From contig OZ240215.1 in NCBI GenBank assembly GCA_965197585.1, forward strand, positions 768,001 through 832,000: DNA of 64,000 bases, in the 5' to 3' direction. A program made the position numbers and the translations under genes. The DNA is from Dehalococcoidia bacterium. Lineage in GTDB: Bacteria > Chloroflexota > Dehalococcoidia > Plut-88900. The notes beneath the pieces are model-generated. The model saw only the letters and a program-made list of their open reading frames with translations, did no database searches and was not told where the DNA came from. Of this stretch, positions 17,701 through 25,418 are shown one piece after another. Positions within the stretch are counted from its first letter, which is position 1; each line of letters opens with the position of its first letter.

Positions 17701-19923
17701 GTCGACCTTGACCCATTTCTCCGAGGCGCAGAAGAAGGCCCCCCGCATCAGGCATTGTTCTGGCGCGACTGGAGAAGCGGAGGCTACGCAGTCCGCTCCG
17801 GCGATGACAAACTGATCAAAGAAAGGCGCATTCACGGAAAACCCCAACCCATCCTGGACACAGGTGAAAGCCCCGAGCTATTCGACCTCGAGAACGACAT
17901 CAGCGAGTCACAAGACCTGCTGGCCGAGCAGCCGAAGACAGCACAAGAGCTTGCAGCGCTGTGGAACGCATGGAACGCAGACAACGCCATCGGCAACCTG
18001 TTCTACGGCATCAGTTCCTACAACGACAACCTCAAGGCATACCTGCAAGGCTATTACGACCAAAGGTTCCTCACTGCGACACAATTGCCGAAGTATGAAA
18101 TAGATTTACCTCTTGTGCAGCCACCCGTAGCCGACGGCAATGCCACGGGCTTGCCGACCATCAGCGGGACGCCACAGGTGAGGGAGACCCTGACGGCGGA
18201 TACGGCGGACATTGCCGACGAGGACGGGCTGACCAACGTTGCTTACCGATACCAGTGGAGCGCCGGGGGTTCGGACATCAACGGGGCCACCAGTTCCACC
18301 TACATCCTGACCGCCAGCGAGCAGGGCAAGACCATCAAGGTGAAGGTGTCCTTCACCGACGACGCCGATAACGAGGAGACCCTGACCAGTGAAGCGACAG
18401 TGGCCGTAGCTGCGGCGCCCAACCGTGATGCCACGGGCTTGCCGACCATCAGCGGGACGCCACAGGTGAGGGAGACCCTCACGGCGGATACGGCGGACAT
18501 TGCCGACGAGGACGGGCTGACCAACGTTGCTTACCGATACCAGTGGAGCGCCGGGGGTTCGGACATCAACGAGGCCACCAGTTCCACCTACATCCTGACC
18601 GCCAGCGAGCAGGGCAAGACCATCAAGGTGAAGGTGTCCTTCACCGACGACGCCGATAACGAGGAGACTCTGACCAGCGAAACGACAGTGGCCGTAGCTG
18701 CAGCTGCCAACCGCGGGGCCACGGGCCAGCCCACCATCAGCGGTACGCCCCAGGTGAGGGAGACCCTCACGACGGATACGGCGGACATTGCCGACGAGGA
18801 CGGGCTGACCAACGTCTCATACAGCTACCAGTGGATCGCGGGAGGGACGGACATCGGCGGGGCCACCGGCTCCACCCACACCCTGACCGCCAGCGAACAG
18901 GGCAAGACCATCAAGGTGAAGGTGTCCTTCACCGACGACGCCGATAACGAGGAGACTCTGACCAGCGAAACGACAGTGGCCGTAGCTGCAGCTGCCAACC
19001 GCGGGGCCACGGGCCAGCCCACCATCAGCGGTACGCCCCAGGTGGGCCAGACGCTGACGGCGGATACGGCAAACATCGTCGACCAAGACGGGCTGACCAA
19101 CGTCTCATACAGCTACCAGTGGATCGCGGGAGGGACGGACATCGGCGGGGCCACCGGCTCCACCCACACCCTGACCACCAGCGAGCAGGGACAGACCATC
19201 CAGGTGCGGGTGACCTTCACCGACGACGCCGATAATGAAGAGACCCTGACCAGCATTGCTACCGTCGCCGTTACGGCGGCCGCTGCCCAAGCCAACAACC
19301 CGCCCACCGGCCTGCCCGGCATCAGCGGGACCCCCCAGGTGAGAGAGACGCTGACGGCGGACACCTCGCCCATAGACGACCAGGACGGGCTGACCAACGT
19401 TGCCTACCGTTACCAGTGGACCGCCGGAGGGTCGGACATCAACGGGGCCACCAGTTCCACCTACATCCTGACCGCCAGCGAGCAGGGCAAGACCATCAAG
19501 GTGAAGGTGTCCTTCACCGACGACGCCGATAACGAGGAGTCCCTGACCAGCGAAGCGACAGTGGCCGTAGCTGCGGCGCCAGTTCCGCTCACCGTCAGCC
19601 TGACCGTCACGGCCCCGGCGACCCATGACGGATCGTCAGAGTTCACCTTTGACATCGAGTTCAGCGAGGAGTTCGGCCTGAGCTACGTGACCCTGAAGAC
19701 CCATGCCTTCAATGTGACGGGAGGCACGGTCGAGACTGCGCAGAGAACGGACAAGCCCAGCAACATCTCCTGGCGCATCACGGTAAAGCCGCAAGGCAAC
19801 GGGGACGTGACCATCGTTCTGCCCGTCACCACGGACTGCGACGCCGACGGGGCCATCTGCACCGCGGACGGCAGGAAACTGTCCAACTCGCTGAGCTTCA
19901 CTGTATCGGGGCCGGGCCAATAG
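14734..19923 (+). CDS. Large secreted protein: signal peptide, Ig-like repeats, FN3 domain, S1 (formylglycine) sulfatase, further repeats
   Basis: N-terminal hydrophobic segment ending VQA-Q; about nine PTISGTPQVRETLTADT repeats; FN3 (SWQAPSSNGGSAITGYKVQW); sulfatase PNVIVILVDDLG, CTPSRAGLLTG, GKWQLG, YNAPHTP, SDNGG, YEGGIHVP; GGAGG RBS. Confidence 0.9.
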   Translation: MRASRSLATLPLILLGLTAIAALVLIPWVVQAQSQTSDENTVVWSADMYVVEYTSVSIGAASADLFSNIGGSGNLNIKSLWSHVPNRDIHLSFEDGVPDAADYTLKVGDLTLEFPKGSSENSSFKWADVDVDWEDGQTIPVSIVPTSVLVKPTPNSDATGLPTISGTPQVRETLTADTADIADGDGLNNVAYRYQWVAGGSDINGATGSTYTLTTSEQGKTIKVKVSFTDDADNEETLTSEATVEVAAAPNRDATGAPTISGTPQVRETLTADTADIADGDGLSNVTYRFQWITNNGYADADIEDATDSTYTLSDTDVGKTIKVRVSFADAADNDESLTSVGTTAVLATVPTQPLSLAVATGDQIQELDASWQAPSSNGGSAITGYKVQWKEAADSWDTAADVSEATVTGTTDTITGLTGGVAYAVRVIASNVMGYGPASTEAAGTPSGGISEQNTESENSAPAGLPTISGTPEAEQTLTADTSAITDGDGLTNVSYGYQWIRNDGNADADIEDATDSTYKLSDADVGKTIKVKVSFTDDADNQETLTSAATDEVVAAQASSQGTTLPTVIGPAVVDQTLTVSTSDIADDDGLTNVSYSYQWIRSGTNGDTDIAGQTASTYTLVAADVGNAIKVKVSFDDDANNQETRTSEATATVVAKPNVIVILVDDLGYNDVSYNGATQIQTTNIDRLASRGVTFTNGYVPYSTCTPSRAGLLTGRYPSRFGLEGNLAYAPFDDNHGLPLEETLFPERLQDEGYRTGIVGKWQLGAARRFNPLNRGFDYFFGFLGGGHSYWHSNTTSPHDHMQLPLIENTGYGEFDGYLTDVLTDRAIDFIEKPTDEPFFLYLAYNAPHTPLQAPQELIDKYSTVEDRKRRIYLAMVDSLDQNIGRVLDALDESSLADNTVIFFLSDNGGRSGKPPESDHADNNPLRGAKDSFYEGGIHVPFVASWPAMWPEGHTYDPMVISLDIASTVLKLANATSEDPDRPIDGVDLDPFLRGAEEGPPHQALFWRDWRSGGYAVRSGDDKLIKERRIHGKPQPILDTGESPELFDLENDISESQDLLAEQPKTAQELAALWNAWNADNAIGNLFYGISSYNDNLKAYLQGYYDQRFLTATQLPKYEIDLPLVQPPVADGNATGLPTISGTPQVRETLTADTADIADEDGLTNVAYRYQWSAGGSDINGATSSTYILTASEQGKTIKVKVSFTDDADNEETLTSEATVAVAAAPNRDATGLPTISGTPQVRETLTADTADIADEDGLTNVAYRYQWSAGGSDINEATSSTYILTASEQGKTIKVKVSFTDDADNEETLTSETTVAVAAAANRGATGQPTISGTPQVRETLTTDTADIADEDGLTNVSYSYQWIAGGTDIGGATGSTHTLTASEQGKTIKVKVSFTDDADNEETLTSETTVAVAAAANRGATGQPTISGTPQVGQTLTADTANIVDQDGLTNVSYSYQWIAGGTDIGGATGSTHTLTTSEQGQTIQVRVTFTDDADNEETLTSIATVAVTAAAAQANNPPTGLPGISGTPQVRETLTADTSPIDDQDGLTNVAYRYQWTAGGSDINGATSSTYILTASEQGKTIKVKVSFTDDADNEESLTSEATVAVAAAPVPLTVSLTVTAPATHDGSSEFTFDIEFSEEFGLSYVTLKTHAFNVTGGTVETAQRTDKPSNISWRITVKPQGNGDVTIVLPVTTDCDADGAICTADGRKLSNSLSFTVSGPGQ
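18135..19580 (+). repeat. Five tandem ~288-bp intragenic repeats (96-aa Ig-like units); related copies at about 15200-15770 and 16120-16700
   Basis: Near-identical blocks such as gggcaagaccatcaaggtgaaggtgtccttcaccgacgacgccgataac recur; antisense ORF starts at 18236, 18524, 18812, 19100 and 19397 show the period. Confidence 0.92.
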
Positions 19924-20077
19924 GAGGCTACGGGAAAAGCAAACACATATAGACAGACGAGTGAGGCAAGCGTACGAAGGGGATCTGGACCGCCCAAGGT
20001 CTAAGTCGTACGGGAGATGAGTCGCCTCCGCTCGTATAGAAAAGAGCCTCCGGCTGTGCTCTAGGAGGGCTTGCTCG

Positions 20078-20323
20078 ATGCCCCGACAGCGCACTCGCTA
20101 CAGCACCACAACCCACGCCTTCACCGAAGACTTCCCGGAGCGGCTGAAGCGTTTCCAGAGGGAGTCTGGGCTGTCGTGGTCGGAGATCTCCCGGCGTCTG
20201 GCAACCTACCGCCACACCGTATGGCGTTGGAAGGAAGGCAGAGGTCGACCCAACGCCGAGCACATGATCGCCCTCCTCGACCTGGCCGAAGACCTGGGTC
20301 TCCTCCACCTGTTCACCGAGTAA
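20078..20323 (+). CDS. XRE-family HTH protein
   Basis: FPERLKRFQRESGLSWSEISRRLATYRHTVWRWKEG; AGGAGG upstream. Confidence 0.75.
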   Translation: MPRQRTRYSTTTHAFTEDFPERLKRFQRESGLSWSEISRRLATYRHTVWRWKEGRGRPNAEHMIALLDLAEDLGLLHLFTE

Positions 20324-20418
20324 TAGGGCGACGCGGGCGCAGGGGCCTACTGCAACGCAAAAAGGGCCGCACACATAGATGGGCCATGCTCCTACCGGCC
20401 TGACGGTTTCGGTTCGGT

Positions 20419-20739
20419 CTACTTTGGCAGCAGCCGGGCGCTCTCACGATATTCCTTCGCCTCGCCCGGCTGACCCTCGGCCTCAAGGTCCCGGCTGGTC
20501 TTCACGGCGAAGGGCGCCGCCCGGGACTTGCACCCCTCACAGACGACCCCGACCGGATTGCCGTACAAGCGGTCCTCCAGGTCGCCGTTCACGCCTCTCC
20601 GGTCGTTGGCTGGGGCGTCGGCCCCGCAGAGAGCCCTCTCGCGGGCCGCGTTCTCGTCGAACAGGTGCATCTCCATCACTTCATACCTCCTGCTGGTATC
20701 TACTCCCACCGTCAATGACTCGTCCCTTCGGATTCTCAT
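20419..20739 (-). CDS. Hypothetical protein with Cys motifs (ALCG, CEGC)
   Basis: AAGGAGGAG RBS; last gene of the minus-strand backbone. Confidence 0.5.
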   Translation of the reverse strand: MRIRRDESLTVGVDTSRRYEVMEMHLFDENAARERALCGADAPANDRRGVNGDLEDRLYGNPVGVVCEGCKSRAAPFAVKTSRDLEAEGQPGEAKEYRESARLLPK

Positions 20740-20911
20740 TCCAACTCTCCTCCTTTATAGCTGTGCCTGAAATGCAAAAAGACCCCATACATGGACGCGC
20801 AAATGGCGCTAAACGCAAAAAGGACTGTATACATGAATGGGCGGGGGAGACCGTCGCCCTGCGACGACCTCCCCCGTATCTCTGCGGTCTGCAGCCGCGT
20901 CGGTCGGCCCC

Positions 20912-21427
20912 CTAGAACAGCCTCAGCGTCTGCTGTTGTGCCTGCGACTCCTCTGCCGAGCCGGTTGCGTCCTGGGCCGCCCCCTGCCCGCGCCGGTTCC
21001 GGCGTCCGGTGGGGGGATCGGGCCTCACGTGGGCCGGGTGCTTGGGGTTGTCTTCCCACCTGGCCCTCGCCCTCTCGACCACCGCCAGGGTCTCCTGCGT
21101 CAGGCCACTCAGGTCGCCTTCATCGAACGTCTCGATGTGGGGGTCCGACGAGGGCTGCTGCACCCCTATGGTGCCCCTGCCAGCCTTGATTAGGACGACG
21201 ATCTTGAGGTCCTCCGGCGGAGCGTCCTGCTCTCCGGTGTCGTCAGAACCCTGTCCGTCCCGTTCGGCCTCCCTGTTGGTGTCCTGCTCACCGGCAGCCG
21301 CATCGTTGGAGTCTCCCTCCTCCACGATAGTCGCAGGAGCGGTGTCGTCCGCCTTGTCTCCGAAGAGACTGTCGTCTGCGCCGGGCGCATCCGATTGGGT
21401 TGCTTCCGTTCTCTTCTCGTCAGCCAT
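20912..21427 (-). CDS. Hypothetical protein, possibly PRTRC protein E-like
   Basis: AAGGAG RBS; acidic N-terminus, short beta/alpha core, C-terminal QTLRLF; lies downstream of the PRTRC genes. Confidence 0.5.
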   Translation of the reverse strand: MADEKRTEATQSDAPGADDSLFGDKADDTAPATIVEEGDSNDAAAGEQDTNREAERDGQGSDDTGEQDAPPEDLKIVVLIKAGRGTIGVQQPSSDPHIETFDEGDLSGLTQETLAVVERARARWEDNPKHPAHVRPDPPTGRRNRRGQGAAQDATGSAEESQAQQQTLRLF

Positions 21428-21462
21428 GGTCTTCTCCTTTACTCATTGGTTCTCCGATTGGG

Positions 21463-21849
21463 TTATGCCGCGAGCCTCGCCTCCCTCCTGATCTCGCCCA
21501 GGGTCTTCGGCTCCCAATACAGGTCGCGCTCCACGGCGGGGACTTGGCCGAAAACCGTCACCTCCGCCAGCTCGTCGAGAGCGAAGTAACCGAGCTCGGT
21601 CTCGAAGCCCTCGACGAGGCCGAAGCAGAGCCCGGTCTCGGCCTCCCACTCGGTGACGTACCAGCGCCATCCGTTGTAGGGGGAGAACAGTTTCACTCTT
21701 GCGACCACGGCGTCGGGGTCGTCCGCGCCGTCATTGGCGTACAGGGGCGGGATCGTGGCCCCGAGCTCTTTCGTCATGAGCTTGTGCCTGCGGAGGCCGC
21801 TGTGGGCGTCCTGCCACATGGTCTTGGTGGTCCCGTTCTTGTCAGTCAT
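21463..21849 (-). CDS. DUF2958 family protein
   Basis: VKLFSPY..WRWYVTE...CFGLV.GFETELGYF.LDEL...VERDLYW. Confidence 0.85.
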   Translation of the reverse strand: MTDKNGTTKTMWQDAHSGLRRHKLMTKELGATIPPLYANDGADDPDAVVARVKLFSPYNGWRWYVTEWEAETGLCFGLVEGFETELGYFALDELAEVTVFGQVPAVERDLYWEPKTLGEIRREARLAA

Positions 21850-21908
21850 GGTTTCTCCTCTCGTTGTTGCTTCTCAAGGTGTATCCGTTGGCGTTGTTCC
21901 CTAGGCTG

Positions 21909-22718
21909 CTAATTCCCCCATTCGGAGTCGGGCCCCACCACCCGCTCCACCGCCTCCGGGGTGGCGTAGCTTGGCGTGACCGTCCCCTGCTCCATGTCCA
22001 GGTAGAGGCCCATGAAGGGGCAGGATCCCGCCACCATGCGGCGGACCACCTGTAAGACCAGCGACGCCATCATCTGGTTGATGGTCGGGTCCTGGTCGGT
22101 GAGGTCGAGGGCGGCGGCGCAGTCCACGTCGGGCGGCCTAATCGAGACAGCCGTGAGCAGGTCGGGACGCTGGAGCGCGGGAGCGGGCAGCAGGTGACAG
22201 GTCTCGCCGACGAAGGCAGGTTCGTCCCAGCTAACCTTGCCGGATACGTTGCCGACGAGGACCTGTCCCCAGTTGGTGTCGTTGCCCGCGTCGATGAGCC
22301 ACCGGCGCGGGTCTCCCGGCAGGCACTCCGCCATAGCCCGCCGTGCGGCGGCGTTGTCGGCGCAGCCGATGATGAGGCTGTCGCCGTAGGGCGGGAGGCC
22401 CGGGTAGCAGTGCCCGTAGGGGCGGGAGTCGCCCTCCCGGAAGGGGTAGACCGAGTAGCCGACGGGACGGTTGAAGGCCCTGGCCAGCCGGTCGGCCAGG
22501 GCCTGGCTCTTAAAGCGGCCCACGTCCTCCGGGTAGAAATTCTGGCGCAGCAGGTTGTGGGGCTCCACCCGGTCGTGGTCGACCAGGACGATGGTGGCCT
22601 CCCGCCCCTGAAAGAGGCGGCAGAGGCCCTCGGCGACGAAGCCGCCGGTCCCCCCGCAGCCGACCACGGTGATCCACGGGTTGTCGAGCAGGAATGCGTT
22701 GTCCAGGTAGTAGGGCAT
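21909..22718 (-). CDS. ThiF/E1-like protein (PRTRC type)
   Basis: VVGCGGTGG, DHDRVEPHNLLRQNF, IGCADN..ARR, IDAGN...GQV, DCAAAL...Q..TIN. Confidence 0.9.
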   Translation of the reverse strand: MPYYLDNAFLLDNPWITVVGCGGTGGFVAEGLCRLFQGREATIVLVDHDRVEPHNLLRQNFYPEDVGRFKSQALADRLARAFNRPVGYSVYPFREGDSRPYGHCYPGLPPYGDSLIIGCADNAAARRAMAECLPGDPRRWLIDAGNDTNWGQVLVGNVSGKVSWDEPAFVGETCHLLPAPALQRPDLLTAVSIRPPDVDCAAALDLTDQDPTINQMMASLVLQVVRRMVAGSCPFMGLYLDMEQGTVTPSYATPEAVERVVGPDSEWGN

Positions 22719-22778
22719 CTTCAGTTCACCTCCTTGTCTTTGGATTGTTGTCTCGTGTCTCCTCCGGCTCCTAGCGCA

Positions 22779-23375
22779 TCAGCCGGAGGCCCCGATCCGG
22801 CCGGCGATCACCTGGGACCAATGCGCGGGTGCGAAATGGCCGTAGACGCCGACCCGCAGGCTCAGCTCGGGCAGGTCCGTGTCGAGGCGTCCGACGACGC
22901 CGTAGATTCGGAACCCCTGCTCGTCCCGGTCGTCGGTATCCGAGAAGAAGGCGGGGGAGGTTCCGTGGGAGTGGAACTCGGCGACCACTCCGGTGGGCGG
23001 CCGGTAGGTGAGGGATGTAGTGGTCCCGGTCTGCGGGGGCACCACCAGCCCATAAGCCTGCCCGTCCCAGCGCACTGCAAAGAACCGCTCGGTGTCCGGG
23101 ACGATCCGGAACCAGCGCAGACCCAGCTCTAAGACCTCAGCCGGGATCGGGCCGTGACCCAACACCACCTTCTCGGCCACGGGAGCGAGCCCCCGCACCT
23201 CGCAGGGGGCGACCAGAACCCGTGCCGCCAGATGGGGGCTCTCGGACTGGACGTAGACGCCTCCGGCCCCCAGCACGTAGTCGTAGCCGATTCCCTGGAC
23301 TCCGGAGAGTCCGGCGGGGTGGTTGACCAGGTAGCCTACCGGCTCCGGTCCTGCGTTAGCGGTAGCGGTAGCCAA
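22779..23375 (-). CDS. JAB/MPN metallo-isopeptidase (PRTRC protein A-like)
   Basis: EFHSHGTSPAFFSDTDDRDE (HxH...S..D); probable TTG start at 23375 after GAGGG. Confidence 0.88.
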   Translation of the reverse strand: MATATANAGPEPVGYLVNHPAGLSGVQGIGYDYVLGAGGVYVQSESPHLAARVLVAPCEVRGLAPVAEKVVLGHGPIPAEVLELGLRWFRIVPDTERFFAVRWDGQAYGLVVPPQTGTTTSLTYRPPTGVVAEFHSHGTSPAFFSDTDDRDEQGFRIYGVVGRLDTDLPELSLRVGVYGHFAPAHWSQVIAGRIGASG

Positions 23376-24066
23376 GTCTACCCTCGGAGACCGCCATGGC
23401 GTGGGACACCGTGCACTGGGGAACAAGGTCCTCGGTTGGGTATTCGTTCTTTCCATCGATCTCCTCCCATAGCGCTAGCAGGTTGCCGGGGTGCTTCTTC
23501 GAGCGGTCCCGGGAGTCACCGGTGAGCGAGAAGTAGGACTGGAAGAAGGACTCCGGCATCAGCCCGACCTCATCGGGGAACCTATGGCTACCCGGACAGA
23601 CCCTGCCGTCGCCGAAGACGTTGAAGGCCGGGGCCCGGTAGAGTTGTTGCTCGACGTCGCTGGGTCTGTTCAGGGACGCGTAGACCCAGGGAGCGCGGCC
23701 CGGCGAGCAGACGAAGACCAGGCCGGGCATGGGGATCCTGAGCCTTGAGGGAGGCTTGAACGCCTCCCGCCCGAGGGCTACCGGCCAGACCTGGGGCGGC
23801 CTCCAGAGGGCCACCACCTGTCCGGCCTCCCCCTGGTTCCACCAGAGGGCATTCTCCGGCAGGAGCCCCGAGGAGAACCCCAGGTGTCTCGTGAGCGCGC
23901 CCGAGATCTCGTCCGCCGAGACGGTCCTGACCCAATTGGAATCGTTCTCGAAGCCCCGCAGCAGGATGGTCTCGCCGTAGACCTCCATCTGCAATTTGAG
24001 GTCGTCCTTGGGGACCTCAGCCGGGCCCGGCAGGGACCATTGGGTCGCATCGGGTTCATTGCTCAT
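23356..24066 (-). CDS. Prokaryotic E2 family D protein (PRTRC protein B-like)
   Basis: PMPGLVF, LYRAPAFNVFGDGRVCPGS, ESFFQSYFS; start MSNEPD after AAGGAGG. Confidence 0.85.
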   Translation of the reverse strand: MSNEPDATQWSLPGPAEVPKDDLKLQMEVYGETILLRGFENDSNWVRTVSADEISGALTRHLGFSSGLLPENALWWNQGEAGQVVALWRPPQVWPVALGREAFKPPSRLRIPMPGLVFVCSPGRAPWVYASLNRPSDVEQQLYRAPAFNVFGDGRVCPGSHRFPDEVGLMPESFFQSYFSLTGDSRDRSKKHPGNLLALWEEIDGKNEYPTEDLVPQCTVSHAMAVSEGRLGYRYR

Positions 24067-24901
24067 GGTCGTTGTCCTCCTTGTCTTGCTGTTGTTCGGG
24101 TAGCCGCTCCAGGACGAAGTCCAGCATCTCGGCGAAGCGGCCGGGGAGGTCACCCTCCAGCCACTCGGTCAGCCGGTTCACCGAGTCCATGACGGACTCG
24201 GCCCGGCGCCACTCCTGGGTTCCCTGCTCGATGACCTCGGCCTCCCAGGGGTCGGCGAACCCCTCGTACATCCCGTCGTCGTAGCAGTAGTCGAGGAAGA
24301 AGTTGCCGGTCTCGGCAAAGACCCAGGCGCAGGCCTGGGCCGCCCCCTCGAACCGGGTCCCCTTCAGCGCACTGGTGAGGGCGTCCAGGGGTATGCCGCA
24401 CTTAGGGAGTCTTAGCAGGATCTCTTGCGGGATGCGGTGGCCGGCCGACTCGAGCCAGGCCACCCGCAGCCCGTCGGGTTCCTCGTAGTAGGAATCGGGG
24501 GGCTTTACCAGCAGGACGAGGGCCGAGAGGCCGTCGCGGTAGCCGTCCCAATTCTCGTGGAGGCCGTCGTAGCCGAAGCCCATCAACTCGAAGGGGATGC
24601 CCCTTCGCAGCCAGGACCAGGGAGGCTCATCTCCATTCTCCATGTAGTAGTCGAAGAACGGGGCGTAGAGGGGGAAGTGCCGCTCCCCGAAGAGATTGGC
24701 GAAGCGCTCCACTCTTTTGGCTGCGTCGGGGCCGGCCAGCACCGACTCCGCGTCCTGGGGAAAGAGGCGGCGCACCAGCCCCGCGAACCAGGCGTAGTCG
24801 TCGGCGTATCCGACCAGGGTGACCAGCTCCCGCAGCGACGGCGGACGCCACAGGAGCAGTTTTGCCAGGCCATTCAGTAGCGGCGGGGACGCAGCATGCA
24901 T
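24056..24901 (-). CDS. Hypothetical protein in the PRTRC operon (occupies the protein F position)
   Basis: 281-aa ORF overlapping its neighbours, between the Ubl and E2 genes. Confidence 0.6.
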   Translation of the reverse strand: MHAASPPLLNGLAKLLLWRPPSLRELVTLVGYADDYAWFAGLVRRLFPQDAESVLAGPDAAKRVERFANLFGERHFPLYAPFFDYYMENGDEPPWSWLRRGIPFELMGFGYDGLHENWDGYRDGLSALVLLVKPPDSYYEEPDGLRVAWLESAGHRIPQEILLRLPKCGIPLDALTSALKGTRFEGAAQACAWVFAETGNFFLDYCYDDGMYEGFADPWEAEVIEQGTQEWRRAESVMDSVNRLTEWLEGDLPGRFAEMLDFVLERLPEQQQDKEDNDHEQ

Positions 24902-25104
24902 CTCAGGGCCTCCGCCATGCGGCCCGTGGCCGCGGCGTAGTCCTGCGCCTGGACACAGGCCATCTCCACGTCTGCCTGCCGTGCGGCCGCGGCGTCCAGG
25001 TCGAGGGAGCCGTCGGGCCGTGTGAGCTCCGCCGTGAGCTCAAGGATCTTCAGGTCTGCCGGCGGCGTTGCCGCCAGCAGACCCGCGAACGTCCGGTTGT
25101 CCAT
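24874..25104 (-). CDS. Small hypothetical protein
   Basis: AAGGAGAG RBS; inside the operon. Confidence 0.55.
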   Translation of the reverse strand: MDNRTFAGLLAATPPADLKILELTAELTRPDGSLDLDAAAARQADVEMACVQAQDYAAATGRMAEALRCMLRPRRY

Positions 25105-25117
25105 GGGGCTCTCTCCT

Positions 25118-25324
25118 TCAGTTTCGGGCGCAGGTGGAGGCGCCCTTGGTGCCCACCCGCCGCTGGAACTCGTAAATGGTGTCTTCTCCCCTCTTGGTCT
25201 CCTTCACCGAGGCGTTGGCTATCTCCCCGTAGAAGTCGCTCAGGGTTGCTTTCACCTGCTCGACGCTCATCTCGGGGTCCGGGTCGGGGAACTCGCGGTT
25301 GTCGTATACGAAGATTCTTGCCAT
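25118..25324 (-). CDS. Ubiquitin-like PRTRC protein C
   Basis: MARIFVY...FPDPDPEMSVEQVKATLS.FYGEIANA...YEFQRRVGTKG followed by the tail ASTCARN; AAGGAG RBS. Confidence 0.85.
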   Translation of the reverse strand: MARIFVYDNREFPDPDPEMSVEQVKATLSDFYGEIANASVKETKRGEDTIYEFQRRVGTKGASTCARN

Positions 25325-25418
25325 CGTATTTCTCCTTTGTGACGGTTCTGTCTTGCTGCTTTGCCGTGTGCGGGGAGGCCGCCGTTCCATAGGCGGCCTT
25401 CCCCCGTGCATCTGCGGT

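Noticed and set aside
15200-19580. Periodic repeats as a possible CRISPR array or DGR template/variable repeat
   Set aside because: They are in-frame ~288-bp coding repeats with no unique spacers, cas genes or reverse transcriptase
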